A stretch of DNA of 64,000 nucleotides from Octopus bimaculoides (taxonomy: Eukaryota), in contig NC_068995.1 in NCBI RefSeq assembly GCF_001194135.2, forward strand, positions 45,526,769-45,590,768, read 5' to 3'. Under the pieces are notes generated by a model. That model did no database searches. It was not told the origin of the DNA and saw only the letters and a program-made list of their open reading frames with translations. Within the stretch, counting starts at the first letter, position 1. Every line of letters begins with the position of its first letter. A program made the position numbers and the translations under genes. Below, piece by piece: positions 11,927 to 23,422 of the stretch.

Positions 11927-12140
11927 CCCTGTTTTGACATCACATGTTGGGATAGTTGTAAATGAACATCGTCATACAAGCAATGTCGTCTCCTGTCAAG
12001 CACGTCTGACCATGGGGAAATATTACCTTATTTGGAAACGTGTGATGGTTGACAACAGGAAAGGCAGCCAGCTGTAGAAAATCTACCCCAACAAATCTCA
12101 TTTGACCCTTGTAAGCATGGAAAAGTGGATGTTTAAAAAA
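11925..12140 (+). mobile_element. SINE 3' region, family E (RTE-like tail)
   Basis: GTTTTGACATCAC..CATGGGGAAATATTACC..GACAACAGGAAAGGC. Homologues lie at about 1590-1830, 4800-4980, 45060-45310 and 57290-57510. Confidence 0.65.
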
Positions 12141-12602
12141 GTAATCTTTCACATGTGAATTTAGTACATTTATTCCAGTGTGTGTGTGTGTGTGTGTGAT
12201 TGTGTGCACATTTCAGTGCAGTGACTGACAGACATGCCAGTCCTAGAACAGAAGCTGTTTAGGAAATGTACACCAAGTGGATATGCTGCCACCCCTATAT
12301 ATATTCATTGTACAAATTTACTCTGCTATGTTAACTCCTGATAGCCACACCCAAACAAACATGTCTGCACAATTCTTCTAATGCTTCTCATTAGAGTCTC
12401 AAATGTCTCTGTTAAATATTGAAATTCATATACACATGTTTATTTATTATGTATAATCATTTCCTTAAAAGAAGCCATGTAGCCTCTCTGTATGACTTGA
12501 CCCCCATGAAATAGACTGTGTAGAAGTATCTGGAAGATTTAGAAATATGAGATATGCGTTAGGATTCCAGACATGAGAAAGCCATACCAGCAAAGAGAAT
12601 AA

Positions 12603-12683
12603 CCGTATTTACTTGTGTATAATGCAAGAAATTTAATACAAAGCAACAGTGTCTAAAAGAAAGAGGTAGCATTATACTGGTGC
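12603..12683. mobile_element. Possible pogo/Tigger-like MITE terminus fragment
   Basis: CCGTATTTACTTGTGTATAATGC ... GCATTATAC: a short inverted motif resembling TcMar-type termini. Confidence 0.35.
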
Positions 12684-13147
12684 TTAGAAAAAGAAGAAAA
12701 AAAACAAGGATAAAATATGTTAATGACTTTAGGTGCAAAATATGACTGTGGTGTTGCTGCTCATATTCACCATTATAATCATCATCATCATCATCATTTT
12801 ACATTTGTTTTGTTTTTTTTACTGGCAAAGTTTGGGTGGGTCACCACAGTTTGAGACATTTCTTATTGGATTGGAAGCTACTGCTCCTAAAAACTGGTAA
12901 TCTTTATCATATTTTTCTAAGATGGCAAACTGGCAAAATCGTTAGCATGCTGAGCAAAATGCTTAGTGGCATTTCATCTGTCTTTTATGTTCTGAGTTCA
13001 AATTCTGCCAGAGTCGGCTTTACTTTTCATCCATTTGAGGGTTAATAAAATAAGTATCAGTTGAGTCTTGGGGTCAGTGTGATCAACTTAACCCATTCCT
13101 CAAAACTGCTGGCCTTGTGCCAAAATTTGAAACAAAAGACGAAGACA

Positions 13148-13282
13148 GGTGAGAGAACAACAAGCAGGTGTATTAGTTTAACACTCAGGAAGAATGGAAA
13201 AGTCTTTGACATTTCAAGCCTATGCTCTTTGACAAAGGATTAAGAGGGGAAAAAATGTGTAAGGATTAACAGTTCAACATGA
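13148..13282. mobile_element. Second copy of the 8483-8660 repeat
   Basis: Direct sequence similarity to 8483-8660. Confidence 0.45.
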
Positions 13283-13752
13283 TATATATATATATATATA
13301 TATATGGCAGGCTTCTTTCAGTTTCTATCTACAAAATCCACTCACAAGGCTTTGGTTGGCCTGAGGCTATAGTAGAAGACACTTGCCCAAGATGCTATTC
13401 AGTGGGACTAAACCTGGAACCATGTGGTTGAGAAGCAAACATCTTGTCACACCTGCACCTATATCTATCTTTTTTTTTTTTAAGATGGTAGGGTGTTATT
13501 TGGGGGAATTTGGCTGCCATTTCTAATGTTTTGAGTGACCACTTATCAGCTCATACCAGTAACCTACTGAAATGTAGATTAATTGACCCCATTCCTGTCT
13601 CTTCTCTCCAAAATTTTGCTTTGTGTCTTTACGCCAGCAATCAATATTATTAATAATTTCGTTAATATTCATCATGAATTAATTAATTTTTCACCATTGA
13701 TAGAAAAAGAAACAAAAACAAAATATCGCAACATGGTTAGTTAATGATTTCT

Positions 13753-13796
<44 letters not shown>

Positions 13797-14438
13797 CACA
13801 AAAATTATTTTAATAAAACAAAAATTTGAGAGGAAATTGATATTCAATTTCAAACTTTAAACCAGATAAAATAATCTATATTTTTGTAAAAACCTTTATA
13901 AATTTGAAATAATCTTGATGATAGAATTGCTTTAACGACTTAATGAAGTTGATGAATAATGTGGAGCTCTGTTTTAGAGGTGTTTTGATGCTAATGTTGT
14001 TGTTGCTGTTGTTTTTAATAATTATGGGTGAACTCATGATGGAATGATTTTGTAAATTTGGACATTCCATAGAATGCTGTAGCATGTAAACAACAGCCAA
14101 ATCTCTCTACTGTCTTTTAATAAAGGAAGGACACATGGGATAATATAGTCCTAGATAACCCTATCATCATTATTGTCTTACATCTACCTCTCCATGCTGG
14201 CATGGTTGGGATGGTTTTTCTGAGGCAGTGTTTGACGGCCAAATTCCCTTCCAGCCACCAGTCCTTTCAGTTGCCTCATCATGGTGAGCTTGTTCTAAAA
14301 CTGGGATGTATTGTGTCTGCAAAAAGTTGGGATGGTCACTGTTAGAATGCATTTGATTGCGAGTCTGCTGGACCAGGGACTGGTCTGGAAAGGGACTAAA
14401 ACAACAACAACCCCTACAATAATGTAAATTAACATTAA

Positions 14439-14637
14439 CCCTTTAGCATATAAGCTGGCCATATCTGGCCCAAATATTTTACATGTTTTATATATGCAAA
14501 CCAGCCAGATTTGGCCTCTCATAGCTACCCTACAATGTCATTCTAAAAACAAACAATCACATCATTGAAATCTCAAAGCTATGAGATACTGTGAATAAAT
14601 AAGCATTACATTTGATAGTAATCTGAATGCTAAAGGG
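14439..14637 (-). mobile_element. piggyBac-type MITE family 1
   Basis: TTAA|CCCTTTAGCAT ... ATGCTAAAGGG|TTAA; interior is the reverse complement of the 45590 copy. Confidence 0.8.
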
Positions 14638-15252
14638 TTAAAAGAAATCATGTGGTTGGTGTTAGGAAGGGCATCCAGCTGTAGAAACTCTGTCAAATCA
14701 GATTGGAGCCTGGTGTCGCCACCTTGTCCACCAGTCCTCAGTCAAATCATCCAACCCATGCTAGCATGGAAAGCGGACGTTAAACGACAATGATGATGAT
14801 GTTAACAAGTGATTTCAACTGTGTAGCTGTCCATTGCAGCTGTTGATCCAATGTGTTGAGACTACTTGGGTAGCCACTTCCTTTCTCCCATACATTCAGC
14901 AACCTCTCATACGGACATTACCATATCTTTCCCCGGAATCACTGAGGGCCGGTACACTATTCACCAACATCTTTAGTCACTCTCATACATTGCTTAGTAA
15001 TCTAGAATACTTCCTCACATTACAGAACATTGGGAAACCTCTTGCTTTCAGTTTCTTTCATTGCTGAGTATACCTGATGTACAGCTTACTTTTTGCTACC
15101 TAATATTGTTTCTTTATCAACCCCTATTTCTTCCATTTTCTCCAGGGTTGTCTCTGAGGTTTTTTTTTTTATCTCTATCTGCAGTACCATTTTACCACCA
15201 TTGCAGGAACCTTGCTATGGTAACTCCTATTTGTTTTCCAGATTATGTTTCT

Positions 15253-15476
15253 TATTTCTTTATTGCCCACAAGGGGCTAAACATAGAGGGGACAAACAAA
15301 GGGATTAAGACGATTACATCGATCCCCAGTGCGTAACTGGTACTTAATTTATCGACCCTGAAAGGATGAAAGGCAAAGTCAACCTCGGCGGAATTTGAAC
15401 TCAGAATGTAACGGCAGACGAAATACCGCTAAGCATTTCGTCCGGCGTGCTAATGTTTCTGCCAGTTCGCCGCCTT
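15253..15476 (-). mobile_element. Full-length young tRNA-derived SINE, family B
   Basis: Head (reverse complement) AAGGCGGCGAACTGGCAGAAAC..GAGTTCAAATTCCGCCGAGG. Perfect 16-18-bp TSD TTTCCAGATTATGTTTCT (15235-52, 15475-92). Confidence 0.9.
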
Positions 15477-17625
15477 TCCAGATTATGTTTCTGTCTGCTC
15501 CTCATCATTATCAGTATCATGATGGTTCCTAATATAGGCACAAGGTCTGAAATTTGGTGGGAGGTGACCCCAATACTTGACTGTTGCTTTGTTTTATCAA
15601 GCCCAAAAGGAGGCAACCTCTATAGTTCTAGTGCTAAGGGAAAAAAAAAAAAAAATAGCCAGCACACTTTGTAAAGTGGTTGGTGTTAGAAAAGGCATCC
15701 AGCCATAGAAACCATACCAAAGATGACATTGGAGCAAATAGCAGCCCTCGAACCCAATGGATCCTGTTGAACCCTACAATCAGCATAAGATGATGATGAT
15801 GATGATTACAATATTTAGCTTGCTTGTCTTTTATTTCTACCACCCTGAAAGAAAAGAAAGAAAAAAAAAAAGATTCTGATCTGCAAAATGCTTTTTATAT
15901 TTTTTTAAATTAAAATTGATATTTCATCTTTCACATAATAAAAATCTGTAATTTTTCACAACTTGCAACCTTACACAAATTTTGAAATTCATATATTGAT
16001 TCGAAATTAGAATAATTTTGAGTTCACCGTTTTAAATTGCTTGTGTATTTCCAATACTTATGCTATAATCTAATTTCTCACAAGAGAGGAAAATTTACTG
16101 TTGTTCTTCTTTCTCTTGCAACAAAACTCTCCTGTCGTCTTTAGTGCACTGAAAGTACTTTAGTACAAACAGTACTTAGATAAAAGCCATTTATCAGCTT
16201 CTTCTTTCAACAGTGCAGTACATTTGAGCTGGGTTCGACAGCTCCAGCTTTTCCTCACTAATCACTTTATCTCTCCCACTTGTTTCAACTGGTATATTTT
16301 AGTAATGGAGTTGATGACCTTAGTAACTAGATTCAGGGCTGTTGTTGGGCAACACTCTTCTGATTTCTCTCTCTCTATCTCTCTTTCGTATACATATATA
16401 TATATATATGTTTGTGTGTGTGTGTATATGTATGTATGTGTGTGTGTATATATATTTATATGTATATATATATGTGCATAAATACATACGTATATGTACA
16501 TACTTACATCTATACGTATATATATATATATATATGCGAGTAAAAATAAATACAAAAAAGGGGGGGGGGTTTGTATGATTGTGTATAGAGGAATATATTA
16601 TTTTGTTTAAAAGAGTTCCAACACTGTCTGTTTTTTNNNNNNNNNNNNNNNNNNNNNNNNNNNNNNNNNNNNNNNNNNNNNNNNNNNNNNNNNNNNNNNN
16701 NNNNNNNNNNNNNNNNNNNNNNNNNNNNNNNNNNNNNNNNNNNNNNNNNNNNNNNNNNNNNNNNNNNNNNNNNNNNNNNNNNNNNNNNNNNNNNNNNNNN
16801 NNNNNNNNNNNNNNNNNNNNNNNNNNNNNNNNNNNNNNNNNNNNNNNNNNNNNNNNNNNNNNNNNNNNNNNNNNNNNNNNNNNNNNNNNNNNNNNNNNNN
16901 NNNNNNNNNNNNNNNNNNNNNNNNNNNNNNNNNNNNNNNNNNNNNNNNNNNNNNNNNNNNNNNNNNNNNNNNNNNNNNNNNNNNNNNNNNNNNNNNNNNN
17001 NNNNNNNNNNNNNNNNNNNNNNNNNNNNNNNNNNNNNNNNNNNNNNNNNNNNNNNNNNNNNNNNNNNNNNNNNNNNNNNNNNNNNNNNNNNNNNNNNNNN
17101 NNNNNNNNNNNNNNNNNNNNNNNNNNNNNNNNNNNNNNNNNNNNNNNNNNNNNNNNNNNNNNNNNNNNNNNNNNNNNNNNNNNNNNNNNNNNNNNNNNNN
17201 NNNNNNNNNNNNNNNNNNNNNNNNNNNNNNNNNNNNNNNNNNNNNNNNNNNNNNNNNNNNNNNNNNNNNNNNNNNNNNNNNNNNNNNNNNNNNNNNNNNN
17301 NNNNNNNNNNNNNNNNNNNNNNNNNNNNNNNNNNNNNNNNNNNNNNNNNNNNNNNNNNNNNNNNNNNNNNNNNNNNNNNNNNNNNNNNNNNNNNNNNNNN
17401 NNNNNNNNNNNNNNNNNNNNNNNNNNNNNNNNNNNNNNNNNNNNNNNNNNNNNNNNNNNNNNNNNNNNNNNNNNNNNNNNNNNNNNNNNNNNNNNNNNNN
17501 NNNNNNNNNNNNNNNNNNNNNNNNNNNNNNNNNNNNNNNNNNNNNNNNNNNNNNNNNNNNNNNNNNNNNNNNNNNNNNNNNNNNNNNNNNNNNNNNNNNN
17601 NNTATATATATATATATAAAATATA

Positions 17626-17912
17626 GGCGCAGGAGTTGCTGTGTGGTAAGTAGCTTGCTTACCAGCCACATGGTTCCAGTTTCAGTCCCACTGCATGGCA
17701 CCTTGGGCAAGTGTCTTCTGTATCCTCAGGCCGACCAAAGCTTTGAGTGGATTTGGTAAACGGAAACTGAAAGAAGCCTGTTGAACATATGTGTGTATTT
17801 GTGTAAGTACTAGGCTTACAAAGAATATGTTCTGGAGTCAGTTTGCTTGACTAAAGGTGGTGCTCCAGCATGGCCACAGTCAAATGTCTAAAGCAAATAG
17901 AAAAATAAAAGT
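17626..17912 (+). mobile_element. SINE family A
   Basis: GGCGCAGGAGTTGCTGTGTGGTAAGTAGCTTGC head, with an internal deletion. Confidence 0.85.
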
Positions 17913-18365
17913 TATATATATATATATAAGAGATACAGACAAATGTATGTTCCTCTTACAACTCTATTTTATGTCTGTTCATAGAGTTTTTGTATGTCTC
18001 TGACTGTACAATATCTAGAAGCACGCACACAATTCTCACTCAATGTCTGTTCATAATACCAAAAGTAACCAAGGCTGCTAAAAGCTCATTAGCAGTTAAT
18101 TACTCTTGTTACTTGAGATGCAAAAAGTGCAGTGAAGTAAATAAGCTTACAACATCAGTTGACTTTGAGTTAGTATAATTTAACATTGATCATGTTTCAT
18201 TCGGCAAGACATCCCACCCATGACTGTTCCATTTTTCTTTTTTTTTTTTTTTTACCAGACATAATACATCTAAAACTGCTTTATCCAATGTGTTCAATTT
18301 TTAAGATAGTAGGATGTAATTTCAAAGCTATTTTGCTGCTATTTCTAGCAAGTGACAACATAGAG

Positions 18366-18868
18366 CAATGGTCTCCAACCATTTCACTACCAAGGACTCT
18401 GTATCTCCTCAAAGCACTTTTTTTGTCCCTCTTTCCTACATAAGCCTTTCTACCCTTGTGCAAAGTTACTCCCCTCAATACTGCATGCCACCCACCCAGT
18501 CCAGGAAGGGGTCTTGTGACTTACTTGGTGACCCCCCACTCATAGTGGTGGTGCCACGAAAAAAAGCACCCTAGGCATTAGGGAGGGCATCCAGTTATAG
18601 AAATCTTGCCAAAGCAGACAATGGAGCCCAACATAGCCCTCAGATTAGTTGAATCCTGTCAAACTGTCCAACCCATGCCAGCATGGAACACAGATGTTAA
18701 ATGATTATGATGATGATGATAATGCCTCCTACTGAAATTAATTTTCCTGAAAGACCAACCCCAACAAGGTCTTGAAAGATCTGTCTACTCAACAAATTTC
18801 GAAATGAGCTTACGGCCCCCTGTCTTTGTGCACACCCTAGAGATCTGTGGGTTCCAGGTTAGGAATCA
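18366..18868. mobile_element. hAT-type MITE carrying an RTE-tail insertion, itself inside an old repeat
   Basis: CAATGGTCTCCAACC ... AGGTTAGGAATCA ends. RTE-type tail at 18545-18722. The host sequence CATAGAG^GCACC resumes after the element. Confidence 0.45.
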
Positions 18869-19684
18869 GGGCACCTTGATACACCTCAAACTTTTGGTTA
18901 TTCACCTGGATTCATAGGTCTGCTGGATCGAGGTTGACCTGGGGTTAAACAGATGTAACAACCAGCCTGTGGTTTACAGGTTGAACAAAGAATCTCTACT
19001 CAGTCACTCATTCTGCTGAATACAAACATCAAATCACTCTTGAATCACACCTTCCCATCTTAATTACAGGAGGTTAGTGTAGTTTCCTGGTATCCATAAA
19101 AAGGTGTGATGGTCACGGTGGAAATATGTTTGATGATGCCTGTTATATTAGGTCTTGGCTGCAGTTAAACAACAACAGCGGCCTCCTGAGAGACAGCTCA
19201 AAGCTTTTTAAAACAATGGGAAATAACAAGGAAATCATGCTTGAAATTCTATAACATTAGAGCCTGTCTGTCTGTTTGTCTCCATGTCTGTATGTGTACA
19301 AGACTGATTTAATAATGATATGATACTAATTAAAATGAAGAATTACACAGATTTGGAATGTTTGAGTAATTAATCAGCNNNNNNNNNNNNNNNNNNNNNN
19401 NNNNNNNNNNNNNNNNNNNNNNNNNNNNNNNNNNNNNNNNNNNNNNNNNNNNNNNNNNNNNNNNNNNNNNNNNNNNNNNNNNNNNNNNNNNNNNNNNNNN
19501 NNNNNNNNNNNNNNNNNNNNNNNNNNNNNNNNNNNNNNNNNNNNNNNNNNNNNNNNNNNNNNNNNNNNNNNNNNNNNNNNNNNNNNNNNNNNNNNNNNNN
19601 NNNNNNNNNNNNNNNNNNNNNNNNNNNNNNNNNNNNNNNNNNNNNNNNNNNNNNNNNNNNNNNNNNNNNNNNNNNNNNNNNNNN

Positions 19685-20030
19685 NTACGAACCACATGGT
19701 TCCAGGTTCAGTCCCACTGCGTGGCACCTTGGGCAAGTGTCTTCCACTATAGCCTCGGGCCGACCAAAGCCATGTGAGTGGATTTGGTAGACGGAAACTG
19801 AAAGAAGCCCGTCGTATGTATGTTTGTGTGTCTGTTTATCCCCGCAACATCACTTGACATCCGGTGCTGGTGTGTTTATGCCCCCGTAACTTAGCGGTTC
19901 GGCAATAGAGACCAATAGAATAAGTACTAGGCTTACAAAGAATAAGTCCTAGGGTCGATTTGCTCAACTAAAAGGCGGTGCTCCAGCATGGCCACAGTCA
20001 AATTACTGAAACAAGTAAAAGAGTAAAGAG
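19685..20030 (+). mobile_element. SINE family A (5' end in gap)
   Basis: AACCACATGGTTCCAGGTTCAGTCCCACTGCGTGGCACC through the tail. Confidence 0.88.
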
Positions 20031-20339
20031 TATCATCAAACATCCATATTCCATGCTGGCATGGGCTGGACAGTTTGACAGGATCCACTGTGTCCAAGGA
20101 CTGCACTGTGCTCCAATGCTTGTTTTGGTCTCCTATTTATGGTTAGATGCCCTTCCTAACATCAACTACTTTACAGCCATGACCGGGTGCTTTTTTTCAT
20201 ACCACCTAGCTATTGAGGTTGCCATGTAGTTCACAGAACTACAAATCCTGTGGAGTGGGGTCAGTTTCATGCCAGTGGACAAGGGAATGATCTATGAGGA
20301 GGAGGTGTGGTAGTACAGGTTTTTGGAGAGGACCTGTGT

Positions 20340-20705
20340 GGTTACTAATATCTAGTAAGGGAAAAGGGTAAAGATCCCTGTTGGTCATGAATGACCATGA
20401 GATTGCACCTTGAAAGTTCCCCTCCGAGGCACAAGTCCAGGCAAATTTGTTTATGGAAGACCGGCAGTCACCCATGCATACTGGCCTACCCTCTCCATGC
20501 CTCCGATGTTATCCAAGGGAAAGGCAAAAACTGATACAGCTTGGCACCAGTGATGTCACAACTCATTTCAACAGCTGAGTGAACTGGAGCAACGTGAAAT
20601 AAAGTGTCTTGCTCAAGAACACAACACCCAGCCTGTTCTATGAATCGAACTCACTACCTCATGATTGTGAGCCTGACACTCTAACCACTGAACCATGTAC
20701 CTTCA
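20340..20705 (-). mobile_element. tRNA-derived SINE family D
   Basis: CAGCTGAGTGAACTGGAGCAACGTGAAATAAAGTGTCTTGCTCAAG core; homologous copies at 30685-30995(+), 48000-48320(+) and 61080-61376(-). Confidence 0.75.
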
Positions 20706-21019
20706 CACAGGGGAAGGAGAGGGAAAGAGAAAATGAAAAGTAGGAGTTACAAGAGATAGATCAAGGTGATAAAGTGCTTAGATGGCCCCAAGAGGCACAA
20801 TGCAAGATTGTAGGCAAAGGGAAATGGGGGGAGGAGAAAGCAGACTGCAAGAATGGATATGGTTGAAAGGTGGGTGAGCAGGGAGCCATGTGTTGGGAAA
20901 GATAGAGGGATTCAAAAGAGTGGGGTTGAGGGAAAACAGCAGGGGATGATACAGCTGTCAGCTGGGTTAGAGGAGAACAAGAGTGAGGAATGACATAGCT
21001 GTAGTCTGCAGGAGCCAGT

Positions 21020-21122
21020 AATTTGTTCCATGCATCAGCTTGATAATGACAGTTATTTTTACAAAATTCTTTGTTGGTTTTGAGAGGCAATGGATTTCAA
21101 CAGAAATATGGTGGCAAATGTG
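21020..21122 (+). mobile_element. Partial TTAA-type MITE family 2
   Basis: CAGCTTGATAATGACAGTTATTTTTAC..GATTTCAACAGAAATATGGTGGCAAATGTG|TTAA, homologous to the reverse complement of 45363-45480. Confidence 0.5.
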
Positions 21123-21126
21123 TTAA

Positions 21127-21363
21127 CCCTTTAGTATTCAGATTATTCTGTTAAATGAAATGCTTGTTTATTCACATGGTTTTGAATTAATCAGGAATTA
21201 TCTTGTGACTTTGAGATTTTAATGGTGTGATTGGGTTTTTTTTTCTTTTTTTTTTTGTAGAATCACATTGTAGAGGAGGTGTGAGTGGTCAGACCTGATT
21301 GATTTGAACTATAAAACAGGTGGAATATTTGGGCGTAATATGACCAGTTTATACACTAAAGGG
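21127..21363 (+). mobile_element. piggyBac-type MITE family 1
   Basis: TTAA|CCCTTTAGTATTCAG ... CACTAAAGGG|TTAT. Confidence 0.75.
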
Positions 21364-21724
21364 TTATGCCCTTAATTTAAGGAGATTCAGCTGTTATATC
21401 TAACAGGTTGAATACCTACACAGTGGCTTTCCTTTGATGTTGTTGCATATTCTCATATCAATTGAAATTAAACAAAATTATGATGAAAGGTGGTCTACCA
21501 AGATCAGCTGTGTCTTTTATCCTTTCAGGGTCACTAAAATAAGAACCAGCTGAGTACCAAGGTCAACGTAATTGACTAGATCCCTCCCCCAAAATTTCAG
21601 GGCTTTTGCCTTATCCCCTCCCTTACCTCTTCCTCCTTTTATGTCTATATGGTTCTTACTCTCTCACTGTGTGTGTATGTGTGTGTGTCATTCCTTTACT
21701 CATTGCTTGCTACCAAGTCTAGTA

Positions 21725-21941
21725 TGAGGGTGTGCAGAAAAGTTCCTGGCTTTGAGTACAAGAAAATACAGGAGGATCAGTTAATTATGATTTTATCCAA
21801 CATATTCCCCTCTCAGATTCACACACTTATCGCAGCGGTCCTTCAGTTTTTCTAAGCCCTGTAAAAGAACTTGGAAGGTTGGGCCACCAACCAAGCCTTT
21901 CGCAGAGCCCTTAAGGCCAGGAACTTTTCAGCACCCCTTCA
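21725..21941. mobile_element. Mariner-type MITE (217 bp)
   Basis: TA|TGAGGGTGTGCAGAAAAGTTCCTGGCTTT ... AAGGCCAGGAACTTTTCAGCACCCCTTCA|TA. Confidence 0.85.
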
Positions 21942-23094
21942 TATATGTGCACTCATTCCACACCTCTTATGTCAACTCTCTTTGTATCTCTCTCTCTCTT
22001 TTCCCTCCTTCTCTCTATATCCTGTAAAGCATGACTGGAGAAACCAACCAACCAACCAACAGCTATATCAGCTGCTATTACATTAAAGATAACAACACTG
22101 CCATGTCTGATTATGAAGCTTTAGCCATGGTTGTTACTACTGCAGCCACCACCACCACCACCACCACCAAACCAACAGGCTTATTTCTAGGCATTGCAAT
22201 GTGTCTGTCTGTGCATCAGCCTCAAAGACTCTTTTAATGAAATATTTCCCAACCAGAGATCATTGCATACACACCCCATCTCTCCCCAGACCCACTTCAT
22301 TCCACAATTCAGCCTTATTTCTCTGAAGAAAATAGAATGATAATAAAAAAAAAAGAAAAAGAATTTAAAAAATGCATAATAAATGATAAAAAAAGACCAT
22401 AACTATGTTAGTAGCCTCAATTGATTGAGCCTAGAGTCAAGTCTGTTCTCATCATTTTCCGCTCTATTTCATTAAGATAAAGCTCCCTTCCCCCTTTTTT
22501 ATTTCACAGTTCAGCACCACCAATACCATCCACCCACCTTCTTATTGTTTGGGTGAGAAAGTTACCATTGATATTCTCTTGGCACTTCTCTGGTGTTTTA
22601 ACATCACAGTTATTTACATAAACTTTGGGGAATTTGGGGCAGTTTTTCTTCTTTCTTTTTTTCGCCTTTTAAACATTACAATACTGTATTTAATTATCTC
22701 TTTGTCATTCGCTGTTTTTCTCTTTCTCTCTCCCCATCACCCCCCTCTCTCTCTCAGTCACTCCTTTCTCTTCATCACCCCCTCTTTCTCTCAATCACTC
22801 TCTTCTCTCCATCCCCCCTCACTCTAGCTGCATTATTAGCTGGCTGTCTTCCCATTGCCTTGCCATCCAGAACAATGTAGTCTGCTATCTGCTGCTTCAT
22901 ATAAGCGCAGGCAGGAGAAGGGTCAATGTCCACTCAATTTGGGTAGTGAAGATATGCAGCTAGCTAGTTCCAAAGAGCAGGCAATGTTGTTGTAGCAGTG
23001 TTAAAAGCAGAGAGGAGAGACCACGCATCTGTGAGTCAGTGAGTGAATCATTGCTCATCAGCAACCAATTAGATGGCATGACATTTCCTACAAA

Positions 23095-23422
23095 TCTTTT
23101 ATTTATTTTAGTGATTAGACTGTGGCCATGCTGGGGCACCACTTTGAAGAATTTTTTTAGTCAAATGAATCAGCCTTAATAGTTTTTTTTTTTAAGCTTG
23201 GTACTTATTCTATTGGACTCTTTTGCCAAACCACTAAGTTACGGGGCATAACACCAACATTGGTAGTCAAGCAGTAGTGGGGAGCACACATATACACATA
23301 CACGACAGACTTCTTTCAGTTTCTGGTCAGCCCAAGGTTATAATAGAAGACACTTGCCCAGGGTGCCACTCAATGGGACTGAACTTGGAACCATGTGGCT
23401 GGGAAGCAAACTTCTTACTACA
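23095..23422 (-). mobile_element. SINE family A
   Basis: Reverse-complement family A tail, core and head. Confidence 0.8.

Noticed and set aside
16320-17710. Long ORFs of 340-450 aa (also at 24.9-26.1 kb, 41.9-42.7 kb and other gaps)
   Set aside because: They consist of N runs and microsatellite translations.
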